A DNA stretch of 63,959 nt, the filler included, from Craspedostauros australis (Eukaryota), in NCBI GenBank assembly GCA_030167865.1. It is 6 parts of 6 records of this genome, joined end to end, with 100 filler letters (N's around TTAATTAATTAA, not from the genome) between each part and the next. Parts side by side here need not be neighbours in the genome. Positions count along the whole stretch, not along the records: positions 49,174 to 58,457 come from JALAGF010006308.1; positions 58,558 to 62,740 come from JALAGF010006311.1; 4 more parts are not named here. One strand, given 5' to 3'. The notes beneath the pieces are model-generated. The model worked only from the letters and a program-made list of their open reading frames with translations. It made no database searches and had not been told where the DNA came from. Below are positions 49,174-62,740 of this stretch, in pieces (the first letter of the stretch is position 1; every line of letters starts with the position of its first letter). Both the position numbers and the translations under genes were made by a program.

Positions 49174-50250
49174 TGAGCTCCCAACCAAGGTGCTCCTGTG
49201 ACGAGTGGGAAATCGTGATCTGATCGAATGAACCGATCTGTATGATGCCTACGACTCAGCGATGTCTACGCTAATGAAACTATTGGTAGAGGGCAGGAGA
49301 TGGGATATCTGAGATGCATGATGAGATGCATGATGAGATGAACCAATACTGCAAGATGAGATGTACATGGAGTACATGCTGCATGACATGATNNNNNNNN
49401 NNNNNNNNNNNNNNNNNNNNNNNNNNNNNNNNNNNNNNNNNNNNNNNNNNNNNNNNNNNNNNNNNNNNNNNNNNNNNNNNNNNNNNNNTTGTACTCACAG
49501 TTCCAACAATGCAATAACATGAATAGGTAACCAGAGACTACTACTAGAGACTGGGGTACCCCGGATTTCCAACATAGAGTATCATTGTTGCATTCAGTAC
49601 GCCGTTGTATGAATGGTGGACATGAGATCCGGCACATCGCCGCAACCAATGTGGTGTTGTGGATGGATCCAGCGTCGTGAACAAAATTGATAGAACACAG
49701 ATGAAAGTGGGTGCTTACCTCAAAATTGGGAGTGATCAAGTCCGTCAGTGAAGTAGAGTGAAACTGTGTGGTAGTGTTATTGTGCTCTGAGTGGTTAGTT
49801 GATGTTAGATGGTATGTAAGCTGGCCCAATTCAGAACTGTTGGAGTCTGAATTGTGAGCAGATGGAGATGAAATGATGAAAATGATGCTGAGGCAACATG
49901 TGTTGCAACACACAGCAGAGCATGAAGTGCAGTGCATAAATTGCAGTGCATGAAGTGCAGTGCATGAAGGTGTTGTCGAGTTTGCAAGACTGAGGAGGTT
50001 CATGGCGCCTTCAATACTGATCTTGCTTCTTGGAACAACAATGATGCATGCAGCAAATCTGATCATTGCAGAAATGCGATCTTGCCAAATTTGATGGGAT
50101 TGATGAGCTTGTATCTGAGCCAAGATGCTCAGGTACATTCACTCACCAAGACAGTAGACATGTATGTTCATGTGCACATAAGGAGGATGACAGGCAGGGC
50201 CTGATATCCATCCTTCAACTCATTTCCATCTTCAGATACCAAGACAGGTA

Positions 50251-51048
50251 TGTCGAGATGTACACGTGATTATATGTTGAGATGTACGAGTATATGTGCA
50301 TCGTTCACCCGTTTTTCTCTCATACGCACTTGGACGGTATAACTACAATCGTGTAGATAGTATACTATGATTCGTCAGAATTCCAGCGGAAATGGAACAC
50401 ACAAAAATGAGCAAGATTTCTGGAGGAAATTTGCAATCGACGATTTCTGAGAGAATTAGAAACATCGTCCGTCCATCCATCAATGGTACCAAGAGAATCT
50501 CAAGGTACTTCCCAACTAAACCTCAGATGACAATATCATCTGACAGACTGCTGCATCACCAATGAAACGTGACATCTGGAGAGCAGAAGGATGCCTACTG
50601 ACGTTGACAGGATGTCATCGTGTCACCACGTCGACATCTGTCTCCAAGTCAGAGCAGGAGGCAAAGATCTGATGACCAAAGGGCATCAAGATCATGGATA
50701 TGAGAGGTGAAGTTCAAATGGTAAGTACTCATGGAGTAGGAGCCAGTACTGAATGAATGGAGTGTCGAATGCGGAGTATGCATTGAACACGGAGTATCGT
50801 GTAGCACGAGCACACGATGTTGAGAGAGAGAGAGAGAATACAGAGAGGAGCAAGAGAGCATCTTGCGTACCGACTCATAGTCGGAGACCGAATTTACGAA
50901 ACAGATTGAAGCACCGAGAGCATCGGGCAAGAGAATTGGTATACACCAAGAGGATCGGAGTAGCCAACTAATGAAATAGCAAACGAACGACTATCAACCA
51001 ACACCATCTTCCACGATCGTAGGTTACTGTGAGCGGAACTTGCCAACA
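50251..51048 (+). mobile_element. Complete ~798-bp LTR
   Basis: Termini TGTCG...CAACA (TG..CA, imperfect inverted ends). Both ends are defined by the independent copies at 24014-25110. Confidence 0.85.
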
Positions 51049-51567
51049 CTTCCCAACTAAACCTCAGATGACGATATCATCTGACAGACTGCTGCATCAC
51101 CAATGGAACGTGACATCTGGAGAGCAGAAGGACGCCTACTGACATCGACAGGGTGTCATCATGTCACCACGTCAACATCTGTCTCCAAGTCAGAGCAGGA
51201 GGCGAAGATCTAATGACCGATGAGGATCAGCATCATGGATACTGAAGGTGAAGTTCAAATGGTAAGTACTCATGGAGTAGGAGCCAGTAAGGAACAAACG
51301 GAGTGTCGAATGCGGAGTACGCATCGAACACGGAGTATCGCGTAGCACGAAGCACACGATGTTGAGAGAGAGAGAGAATACAGAGAGGAGCGAGAGAGCA
51401 TCTCGCGTACCAACTCATAGTCGGAGACTGAATCTACGAAACAGATTGAAGCGCCAAGAGCATCGGGCAAGAGAACTGGTGTACACCGAGAGGATCGAAG
51501 TAACCAAGTAATGAAATAGCAAACGAACAACTATCAACCAACACCATCTTCCACGATTGTAGGTTAC

Positions 51568-52197
51568 TGTTAGAACGTAATCGTAGATGGGTTTGAAGAT
51601 ACCGCACCGAGAACGTAGAGTGATCAAGTCGTTGTTGTTGGTGAGGAGAGTGTTNNNNNNNNNNNNNNNNNNNNNNNNNNNNGGAATGCTGTCGAGCTCA
51701 CAAGATTGTCTTCTTGGAACTGTGAGCATGAGAGAGGCATGACATGATCTCATGCAATTGCAAGTAGAATTAACACGGAGGCAACACGACAAATGTGCGT
51801 GTTACTGCGTGAAGAAGAGTTGCAAAAGTCAATGAACAAAACACCGCAATAGTCCGTGTTGTGAATTACGTCTTCTCACGATGTTGCTAGTAGCACGATC
51901 ACACGATTGATCGTATTCACTTGAGAAAGTCATGGCAAGATTCGCACGTGTCACACCCAAGATCCAAGTCTGTCCTGATTGGGCAGATTGGCTCATCTTG
52001 GCAAGAAATCAATTTCCNNNNNNNNNNNNNNNNNNNNNNNNNNNNNNNNNNNNNNNNNNNNNNNNNNNNNNNNNNNNNNNNNNNNNNNNNNNNNNNNNNN
52101 NNNNNNNNNNNNTTCGGAACGGAAAAGGTAAGAAAAGTGGAGATTTCTGATTGGTCGACGGGTGTCGCTATTGTTAGAGATTTAGCGTGCGCTAATA
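51568..52197. mobile_element. Putative solo LTR of a second family nested in the copia 5' LTR
   Basis: Termini TGTTAG...CTAATA (one mismatch from CTAACA), flanked by 5-bp direct repeat GTTAC (51563-51567 and 52198-52202). The uninterrupted host site taggttaccgtgagc is seen at 24721. Confidence 0.8.
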
Positions 52198-52369
52198 GTT
52201 ACCGTGAGCGGAACTTGCCAACACGTTTATAAACGATAGATCAGGGCGAGCCCGCGAATCGTATCGTGCGAGGAAGACGANNNNNNNNNNNNNNNNNNNN
52301 NNNNNNNNNNNNNNNNNNNNNNNNNNNNNNTGCGAGGAAGACGAACATCATTCAAGAGCAGCAGGCTGA

Positions 52370-54166
52370 ATGAGCGAGGAAGAGGAATTGAGAGACATCC
52401 CTCTGTCCAATCCGACTATCAAGAGAGAAGAAGGTGCGAGTGAGACTCCACCACGACAAGAGAAGGAAGCAGCCGTGGCTACTGTCCTATCAGGCGCAGA
52501 CGCAAGCGCCATCGACGAGACCGAAGAGGAACGGTCTGCAAGACTACACCGCGAGAAGGAGAGGATCCTCAAGGCGATCAAGCAAGAGGAGACTGGTGTG
52601 ACGAAGAGCATTCGCACAGCCAAACAGAGTGGGAAAAGTGAGACACCACCAGGAGGAGAATTTGTGAGCAAAGCAATCCTCGCGAAACAACGAGCAAAAA
52701 TCGAAGAATCGACAACACAGAAACAAACGGAAATCAAGGGCGCGAGCGCACCAACAACAAAACAACGAACCAACATGGCGACATCAGCCAACATGAACAA
52801 GCAACGCATCAAGGCGCCAATGTTCAGTGGTGAACAGGAAGACTACAGCGCATGGGAGTCCCAAGCGAAGGCATACACTTGTGCACAGAAGACAAGAGAC
52901 GTGATGTTGGGTAAGACGAAGATTCCAACAGTGAGTGAGATCGCGGCAGCCACCGACGATGCCAAGGAAGCAATGGAGGAAACCTACGAACTGGGATGCA
53001 ACTGCTTCAGCGATCTGATCCTCATGATGGATGCAGAGAAAGGAAAGGGCAAGCAGGCCATCCAGTACATCAACTAATGCGTCTCCGACGATTATCCCGA
53101 AGGAGATCCACACGCAGCGTGGAACGTTCTTGCGGAGAAGTTCCGTCCATCCGATGCAGCAACGAAGATCAAACTCAAACGTCAATTCAACAACGAAAAG
53201 ATGAAGAGAGACTCGGATCCCGACATCTACATCACGCAACTCGAGAGCCTACGATCGCGTCTCCACGATGTCAAGTACGAGATCACAGACGAGGAGATGA
53301 TCATGCAAATCCTCAGCACGGTGAGCAGCAAATACAAAACTCACATCGTGAACTTCCATCATCAACTCACGTTTAATCCGGAAGTGGTTACCATAAATGC
53401 AATCAGAGGAGTACTCCGCACAGCACACGCCACTCGTCAAGGAGGCAAGGCGTACATCGACGATTTCCAAGACAGCAACACGAAGAGCAACGACACCGGC
53501 TTCACAAGCACCGGTAACTTCAAGGGGACCTGCCACAACTGTGGTGTGTATGGTCACAGATCCGCCGATTGCCCAGAACGCAAGAAATCGAACAACAATA
53601 ACAACAACAATAACAACAAAATGAACGGAAAGCGCAACAAAGGAAGCGGCTTCAAGGGCAAGTGCAACTACTGTGGTATCTTTGGACATCGCGAGGCAGA
53701 GTGCCGAAAGAAGAAGTTCAACAACAAGAAGAAGGCCGACGAACAGGCCAACACAGCAACGGAAGGACACGACAAGAGCGGGCACGAGATGGTACTCTCG
53801 GCAAAGAACATACCGCTCTACATGTTGGTGTCCGACGACTACATCGAAGACTCCTTCTTTGATAACTTCGAGTGCGTTGGGAATGACGACGAAGTGCAAG
53901 ACGATGAGATCGTCCCGGAGTGGCTCAGCAAAGAGCCAATCATCCACAAGGTGGATCCAAGACGCGAAGTGAGCTATGAATGCTGCTTCAACGCGCACGA
54001 CCTGATCGGTCCATACGGCGACGGAGCCGAGATGGGCAAGGAGGCCATCGATAGCGACATCGAAGAGGCCATGAACGAAGAGGCCGACGATGAGACCAAC
54101 AAGAATGATAGAGGCCAATACGAAACGAACGGCGGCGCGGAACAACAGATCGGGCATCTTCGATGA
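52370..54166 (+). pseudogene. gag: Copia gag with internal stop (TAA 53075-53077) and two CCHC zinc knuckles
   Basis: PMFSGEQEDYSAW, DPDIYITQLESLRSRL, CHNCGVYGHRSADC and CNYCGIFGHREAEC; the frame continues past the stop. Confidence 0.85.
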
Positions 54167-54832
54167 AGATGACAGCGACGAAATCGAAGACCATCCAGAC
54201 GACAGCTTCAACCCAAATGAGCGTGTCGTTTACCCAGGGAATATCGAATTCCCACCGATTGAGAGTCCCAACAACTCAAACTACCTGCATCGTCATGATA
54301 CCATCCCATACGGAACGGCAACAGCATTGAGAATCCAGAAGCAACTCATCTTCGATGCCGTAATGGAATCAGGAGTGAAACTGTTCCCAGGAATCGCACA
54401 AGGAGTGCTCAGACCAATATGGGTGAACATGATGGGATCCATCTATCCAAGAACTTCAGATCGATCGAAGAGATTCTTGCCAACCCGGTCATCATCAACC
54501 GACTGTTGGAAGCGGATGAGACAGAGACAATCCCAGAGACGGATCTGCATTACATCCTTGGAGGATGCATGCGCGTGCTCTTACGCGAACGACCACGCGT
54601 CAACCCTTATGATCCAGCCACAGGATCACATCGGAACAGTACGATTCCATCGGACTACGCGCAGCTATCCGATGAGACCGACGACGAACATCACGAGAAT
54701 CCATGGAACGAATATGGAGTTCACGTCGACGAAGAGGACGAAGACAACATCATGACCGATACAGCTGCAGCAGCTGTGGAGCAGCTCCATGAGCTGAGCA
54801 CTCGATACAAAGACAAGGTCAACAAGGACACC

Positions 54833-57800
54833 TGGCTCGCCGACAGTGGAGCTTCGTGTCACATCGTCAATTCAGACGCCGCTCTCTNNNNNNNNNNNNN
54901 NNNNNNNNNNNNNNNNNNNNNNNNNNNNNNNNNNNNNCAATTCAGACGCCGCTCTCTTCAACGTGCGGCACATCAAGTCATTCGTCCAAGTGGGAGACAG
55001 TACGAAACTGGACTCTCCCAAAATGGGATCCATTTGCTTGAAGGTCAAGCAACGAGACAACACTGGCCACATCATCCGGCTCGATGACGTGAAGTACACA
55101 CCNAAAATGGNGGTGAACCTTTTCTCCACGAACAAGGCTCTGTACAACGGNTACCAGCTTGGTANCAACGGCATTCTNATGGACATCATCAACGGATCCG
55201 GAACGAAGATCGTGTTCGATCGAGTCTTCCCTACATCCAACGGATTCATCACGGGAGTGCAGATGCATCCCATCATGCCGACAGACGACGACAAGGCTTG
55301 CACAGCCATCATCAAAGGCCCATCGAAAGAGATCAACGCGGTGAACTTGCATCGAATGCTCGGCCACGCGCCACTCGAGACCATGAAGCGGACAGCCGCC
55401 CAATATGGATGGAAGATCATTGGCGAGATGCCAGTATGTCGCGACTGCGCGGTCGCGAACGCAAGAGTGAAGAACATTCCGAAGGCAACGATTCCAAGAG
55501 CAACTCGCCGCGGCGAACGGCTCTTCATTGACATTAGTTACACTAAACACATAAGCTATGGAGATAAACGCTACTGGATCCTGATCGTGGACGACTGCAC
55601 GGATTACTGCTGGAGTTTCTTTCTCAAGAACAAAAGTGATCAACCAGGGTACATCAAACGATTCATCCAAACAATCAAGTCACAGACTGGTGATCAACAG
55701 ATCATCTTCCGTGGAGACAACAGCGGAGAGAACAAATCCACGCAGGATACTCTCATCGATGCAGGACTCAACGTGAAATTCGAATTCACGGCATCGAACA
55801 CGCCGCAACAGAACGGCAGAGTGGAACGCAAGTTCGCGTACCTCTATACCAAGATCCGCTCCATGCTCAACGGAGCACAACTCGACGAAGAGTATAGGCA
55901 TGGCCTATGGGCAGCAGCTGCGAGCACTGCCATCGCCATCGCCAACATCACTGTAGTGAAGAATCAGAAGGAGTCACCACATCGCCAATTCTTTGGCAGC
56001 GATCCACCATACGCGGATGCACTCCGCACTTTCGGAGAGGTGGGTGTTGTGAAGACTACCTACAGCGGGATCACCACCAAACTCAAGAATAGAGGAGAAG
56101 AGATGGTGTTCATTGGATATGCACACCAACACGCATCAGGGGTCTACAACATGTACAGACCATCGACCAAGTCACTGGTCTGCTCTCGCGACATCAAGTG
56201 GCTCAACCAATCATACGGACAATTCCGTGGCTGGGCACCAGCACCGAACATGTCCAGCGAAACAGGAACAACAGATGCAGACGGCTTCACAACCATCGGA
56301 CGGAAGGGAGAAACGCCGAAGACGGCAACGCATCGAACATCAGAAGCAAAGAGAGTATCTTTTGCTGACACTAACAAGTATCATATCCTATCGGACAGCG
56401 ATGATGAGGATGATGAGGAGGATGGAGCAGTGACTCAACCAATCCATAACGACGACGAAGATGGAAGTGAATCTAATTATGAGGATGACGAGATCACACC
56501 ATCTGGCAACGAAGCCGACGATGATACAGGTGTTACCCCTCCGAACACACCAGCGAGGTCTACACATGACACACCATCCAGACCTCCACCGAGCAAACCA
56601 AGCAAGCGTGACATGGCTAGAAAGGAGAGAATCCGACGTCACGAATCACGAGGCAGGAAGGGAGAAACTAATCCTAAACCAACTACAGGGAAGAGTATTC
56701 CAAGAGCTCTGCGTGAGCTTGCAGACTTCAACGAACGAGGTCGAAAGGAAGAAGGCTATGAGAGCGATCCATCATCCGATGAGTCGAGTGACGAACTCAG
56801 CGATGAGATAACTGACGAGTCCAACAACGAAACTACAGATGACGAAGAAATCACAGACGAAGATGAAGAGATTGAGATCACTCATCATAGCACAACTGGA
56901 TTATACGGGATGAATGCAATCATTACCGAATCACCAGCGATCGACATCGGACTGTCGATGCAGGACAAGAAGAAAGAACCAGAGAAGTACATCGAACCAA
57001 CGACATTCGATGGAGCCTTCAATCACCCAGATCCCATCCATCGAAAGGGATATCAAGCAGCCATCAAAAAGGAGTTCAACTCCATGGATACACAAAAGGT
57101 GTACAGCAAGATCAAACGAGACGCCATCCCACGCGACCGCAGATGCTGCAAGTGTAGATGGGTCTTCAAGCTGAAACGCAACGGCACACATCGAGCGCGG
57201 CTCGTTGCATGTGGCTATTCACAAATCGCAGGAGTAGACTTCCAAGAGCATTACTCACCCGTCATCCANNNNNNNNNNNNNNNNNNNNNNNNNNNNNNNN
57301 NNNTGATCAAGAAGATGGACTGCGCACTCGTCGATGTCGTAACGGCATTCCTACACGGAGACCTCGACAAGGAGATCTACATGAACTGTCCCAACGGGAT
57401 GGATCATCAACCAGACGAAGCCCTGACCCTACACAAGCCAATCTATGGACTTGTGCAGAGCACCAGGCAATGGTTCAAGATGTTGGTGTCGACCCTCAAG
57501 AACATCAACTTCGAACAGAGCGCAGCAGACCCGTGCCTGTTCTACAGGAAGACGAATGAAGGAAGCATGATCGTGGCCATCTATGTGGACGATTGCTTCT
57601 GCTGTGGAGACTCCAAGGCACTGGAGACATTCCTGAAGGACATCCAAGGCAGCAAATTCAAGGTAACAATCGAGCACGGACTCGGAGACTACCTCAGCTG
57701 CAACATCGAACTGAATCACAACAAGATCAGAGCGACATTGCGTCAACCACATCTCATCCGACATCTCATCGAAGAGTTTGGAACCAAGGTTGAGAAGATG

Positions 57801-58457
57801 CAACGCTACGCGACACCGGGAACCCCGGGTCAAATCATTGTACGACCATCTGAAGATAACGGACTGCAGAAGGTCGGACCAGAAGAACATGCCGAATACC
57901 GCCGAGGCGTCGGTATGCTACTCTTCCTCATCAAGCACTCGCGACCAGATATCGCGAACCCTGTGAGGGAACTCTCCAAGGTATTGATCGGACCCACCAA
58001 GGCCGCAATGAAGGAGATGTATTGGATCATCAAGTATGTGATCGATACAAAGGAATATGGATTGAAGATCCATCCAGCACGTCCAGACAACGACGGCTGG
58101 GACATGGAGCTCTTCTGCGACAGCGAATATGCAGGAGACAAGAACACGAGAATCAGCGTAGGAGGGTTCATCCTATACCTGTGCAAGGTACCAATCCTTT
58201 GGCNNNNNNNNNNNNNNNNNNNNNNNNNNNNNNNNNNNNNNNNNNNNNNNNNNNNNNNNNNNNNNNNNNNNGCAAAGGAAATCTTCTTCGTCGTGCAGCT
58301 ACTCGAAAGTGTGGGCGTCCCAGTGAAGACACCGATCAAGGTCCGCGTGGACAACATCGGGGCGATCTTCATAGCCAAGAACCCATCAACATCCCAACGA
58401 TCGCGGCACATCGACGTGCGCCATCACTATGTGAGGAACATGGTAATCAACAAAACC
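54833..58457 (+). CDS. pol: Copia pol: protease, GAG-pre-integrase, integrase, RT, RNase H (with N gaps)
   Basis: WLADSGASCH; HRMLGH..CRDC; LFIDI, IVDDCT, RGDNSGE, QQNGRVERK; RARLVACG, DVVTAFLHG, IYVDDC; FCDSEYAGD, VDNIGAI, RHIDVRHHYVR. Confidence 0.93.
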
Positions 58458-58557
58458 NNNNNNNNNNNNNNNNNNNNNNNNNNNNNNNNNNNNNNNNNNN
58501 NTTAATTAATTAANNNNNNNNNNNNNNNNNNNNNNNNNNNNNNNNNNNNNNNNNNNN
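58458..58557. other. Artificial 100-bp linker
   Basis: N44-TTAATTAATTAA-N44. Confidence 0.95.
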
Positions 58558-58961
58558 CTGTCGTTCGTCATTGACAGGGGGTCGTACTGGTCATGTGCAC
58601 TTGGAGTCGTGTTTCAACGTTTTTCCCGTGCCTTGCTGTGGTTGTGGTCATCATTGTCGCCACCACATGCACATGTGTGCAGATTTAGTGCCAATTCCCG
58701 AATCTGGCCGAATCCGAACAATGAGTGTCGATGGACAGACGATACCGCACAAACCACGCGTAGGATCCANGTTGAGCAAATGACCGCTCCGCACAGTCAT
58801 AATTTTCAGAACAGACAGGTTTCACCCCCCCAACACCTCCGGTCACGTGAAAAACCTGCACACGCTTCCTCTGCGCAACGTGAAACACGCGCTCTGATCG
58901 TTTCATTTTGGTCGCACGCACCAAAACCACCAACAACAACAACGAAACTCGAAGAGCGACC

Positions 58962-61900
58962 ATGGCGGATCAAGGCAACCAACCCAACGACGCCACAGCC
59001 GCAACTGCACCTGCAGGACAAGCAGCTGCACAACCACAGGCAGCACAGCAACCACCACAAGCAGGAGGACAGCCCATCGCTCTGAACATGGCACAGCTCG
59101 TCCAAATCATCCAGCAACAAGTGGCAGCACAAGTCCAAGCAGCAGCAGCAGCACAGCCAGTCGTCCAAGCCAATCCGAATCCGCCAGCCAATCAGCAACC
59201 AGCACAGTTCGCTGTAACACCATATGGATCTCTCATCGATCCAACGACCAAGACAGGCGCTGCTCTCATCAAGACAGCACAAGAGAAGCTCAGCGATGAC
59301 AAGTTCGAAGGCGCTCCAGAGAACATCAACGTCTTCCTTGCCAACATTCGCACTCGCGCGATGATGATGCAATGCATCGACATCTTCCAAGTCGCCACAA
59401 CAACAGGCATGTACAACATCCTTGACAACTACCCACTCACCACCATCGACCATGTGCGCACCAGTGCCACATTGCGTCACATCAATGACAGCGTCGAGAA
59501 GCAAGCTGCGCACCTCATAGGTGTCGCCATCCTCAACTCGCTGAGCCCCAACCTCGTCAATCGCATCCTGCCACAGCGCAGCACATACGAAATCAACGGA
59601 CTCATGGATGGACCAACGCTCCTACGCGTCGTCCTCTCTCATGTCAGCATCGACACGGATGATCTCAGCACGAGCATCCGCATGAACCTACATCGGTTGA
59701 AGCTCAAAGACTTCGACAACGACATCAAGAAGCTGAACGACCACGTTCGCAATCAAGTCTTCACTCTACAGNNNNNNNNNNNNNNNNNNNNNNNNNNNNN
59801 NNNNNNNNNNNNNNNNNNNNNTACAACACAGCAGACAATGAGGAGTTCGTCAACCGCATCCAGCGCTGCAGCGACTCCGGCACTCCAGACTACGTCAGTC
59901 TCATGAACACCGCCGAAACCAAGTACCAGAGCTTGGTCAACGCCGGCACATGGAACCGCCTTTCCCGCGACAAGCAGCTCCTCGCCCTCCGAGCCGAGAC
60001 GAAGCAGCTCAAAGCCTCGCTCACCAAAGCAACCGGCAAGCGAGCAAACAACAAGAAAGACAACAAAGGGACAGCTCGCCACAAGCGCGGCAACCACCCT
60101 CTCGCCAATCGCGATCCGCCAAAGGGCAACGATCCCAAGCACTTCGTCCACCAAGGAACAACCTTCCACTGGTGTGACAACCACAAGGCATGGGGCAAGC
60201 ACAAGACATCCGACTGTCGCGCCCGATCCGGCAAGAACGCTGACTCCTCTGGGAAGAAGCGCCCGCACGACAAGAAATCGTCCTCATCCAAATCCGTCAA
60301 GGTCCATGCCAAGTCAGCTCCTCACGTCCACTTCGACGACAGTGATGGCCACTATGACAGTAGCCAGCATTCCACTCCCAGCGATGGAAACGTCAGTGAG
60401 AACTGACATGAAGGCACGCCCATCCAATCAATGTTATCAGCCACAGCACTGCAAGGCATCTCCGCGATGCAGACGACATTGCACCAGATGGGTGATGTGC
60501 CAATCGGAATTGACACCTGCACGTCGGCCACAGTCTCCGGACAACGTGGTGACTTCAGCAACGATCTTCAGCCAGTCCACGGCATGGCCATACAAGGAGT
60601 TGGAGGGTCCATCCCCATTCAATCCAAGGGCACATTATCCTGGACAATACTCGATGATGACGGCCAGCCACTGCGGATAAAGATAGCCAACGCTTACTAC
60701 GCGCCACGGCTTCGTATTCGACTGTTCTGTCCACAGCAATGGTCTGATCAAGGTCCCCGCAATCATCATGGAAGGCACCTGCGTACCTGCACGACTTACG
60801 GCAACCACACAGTCCTGCGCTCTTCGCGTCACAAGGTCACTGTCTACCATCATCCTGGCACCAACCTGCCTCTGATGTCCGTCATCCACGCCAAGCGACA
60901 TGCGCCAGCATTCCTCGCTACCTCCAGTCCTTCAAGCGATCCTGAACTTCTTAACATCACCGACGTCCCCGACGACATGATGGAGGTTCAAGAAGACCCC
61001 AAGCTCGCCGAATTGAGGCCCGACCCTCTCCAAGACAACGACACACTGGTCCGCGATCAGTCGGCAACACATCCTGTTGGTGCATCCGATGCACAGGGAC
61101 AGCTACTCNNNNNNNNNNNNNNNNNNNNNNNNNNNNNNNNNNNNNNNNNNNNNNNNNNNNNNNNNNNNNNNNNNNNNNNNNNNNNNNNNNNNNNNNNNNN
61201 NNNNNNNNNNNNNNNNNNNNNNNNNNNNNNNNNNNNNNNNNNNNNNNNNNNNNNNNNNNNNNNNNNNNNNNNNNNNNNNNNNNNNNNNNNNNNNNNNNNN
61301 NNNNNNNNNNNNNNNNNNNNNNNNNNNNNNNNNNNNNNNNNNNNNNNNNNNNNNNNNNNNNNNNNNNNNNNNNNNNNNNNNNNNNNNNNNNNNNNNNNNN
61401 NNNNNNNNNNNNNNNNNNNNNNNNNNNNNNNNNNNNNNNNNNNNNNNNNNNNNNNNNNNNNNNNNNNNNNNNNNNNNNNNNNNNNNNNNNNNNNNNNNNN
61501 NNNNNNNNNNNNNNNNNNNNNNNNNNNNNNNNNNNNNNNNNNNNNNNNNNNNNNNNNNNNNNNNNNNNNNNNNNNNNNNNNNNNNNNNNNNNNNNNNNNN
61601 NNNNNNNNNNNNNNNNNNNNNNNNNNNNNNNNNNNNNNNNNNNNNNNNNNNNNNNNNNNNNNNNNNNNNNNNNNNNNNNNNNNNNNNNNNNNNNNNNNNN
61701 NNNNNNNNNNNNNNNNNNNNNNNNNNNNNNNNNNNNNNNNNNNNNNNNNNNNNNNNNNNNNNNNNNNNNNNNNNNNNNNNNNNNNNNNNNNNNNNNNNNN
61801 NNNNNNNNNNNNNNNNNNNNNNNNNNNNNNNNNNNNCAACATGGCATCACACGGAATCATACCACGGCACTTGGCCAAGGCCGAGTTCCCTCTCTGCTCT

Positions 61901-62740
61901 GGGTGCATCTATGGCAAAGCCGTCCGCCGGCGCAAGCCAAATCGCATCACACGCGTCGTCAAGCGAGCGCGATTCCCAGGGCACATCGTGTCAGTCGATC
62001 AGATCGTCTCTCGCCANCCTGGGGTGCTTCCGCAGCANAAGGGCACGCACACCTGGTCGCGATACACATGCGCGACAGTGTTNGTTGATCAATACTCCGG
62101 TNTTGACTACGTTCACTTGCAGCTCACCCAGTCTGGTGCCGACACACTGCAAGCCAAGCAGGCTTTTGAGCGCTATGCTCACTCCTTCGGTATCCGCATA
62201 CACCACTACCACGCCGACAACGGCAGATTCGCTGAGCAGCTGTTCCGCACAGCTGTCGCATCAGCCAACCAAACCATCACATTCTGTGGAGTCAATGCTC
62301 ATCATCAGAATGGCGTCGCCGAGCGACGCATCCGCGACCTCCAAGAGTCCGCTCGCTCGATGCTCCTGCATGCACAGCACCATTGGCATGATGCCATTCA
62401 TCCGTCTCTGTGGCCGTATGCTCTGCGCTACGCCTCCGAGATCCGAAGGAACGCTGCTCGAGAGGGAGGTATATCGCCACTCCAGCAATTCGCGCAGATC
62501 GAGGTCCGACCCTCAATGCAACACTTTCACACATTTGGATGCCCTGTATACATCCTCATGGCCGCACTCCAACAGGGATCTCAGGTTCCCAAGTGGAGCA
62601 GCCGCGCCAACATTGCCATCTTCCTTGGCATGTCAGCTGAACATGCGAGCAGCGTGCCTATCGTTCTCAAGATCGACACAGGGTACATATCGCCACAGTT
62701 CCATCTGAACTTCGACGACAGGTTCCAAACAGTCAAGACC
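58962..62740 (+). mobile_element. Second Ty1/copia-type retrotransposon resembling diatom CoDi elements: gag 58962-60406, protease-integrase 60407-62740; truncated
   Basis: Gag with DGPTLLRVVL and knuckle WCDNHKAWGKHKTSDC; protease IGIDTCTSATVS and RLFCPQQW; integrase VSVDQI, HYHADNGRF, HHQNGVAERRIR, HTFGCPVYIL and ISPQFHLNFDDRF. Confidence 0.88.

Larger units (their letters stand above)
51049..58457 (+). mobile_element. Ty1/copia LTR retrotransposon (partial 5' LTR 51049-52223, gag, PR-IN-RT-RH); disrupted, 3' end cut by linker
   Basis: LTR end gccaaCA at 52223 precedes gag. Domain order PR-IN-RT-RNaseH is diagnostic of copia. Confidence 0.93.

Noticed and set aside
60957..61908. ORFs spanning long N runs
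   Set aside because: Artefacts of translating gaps.
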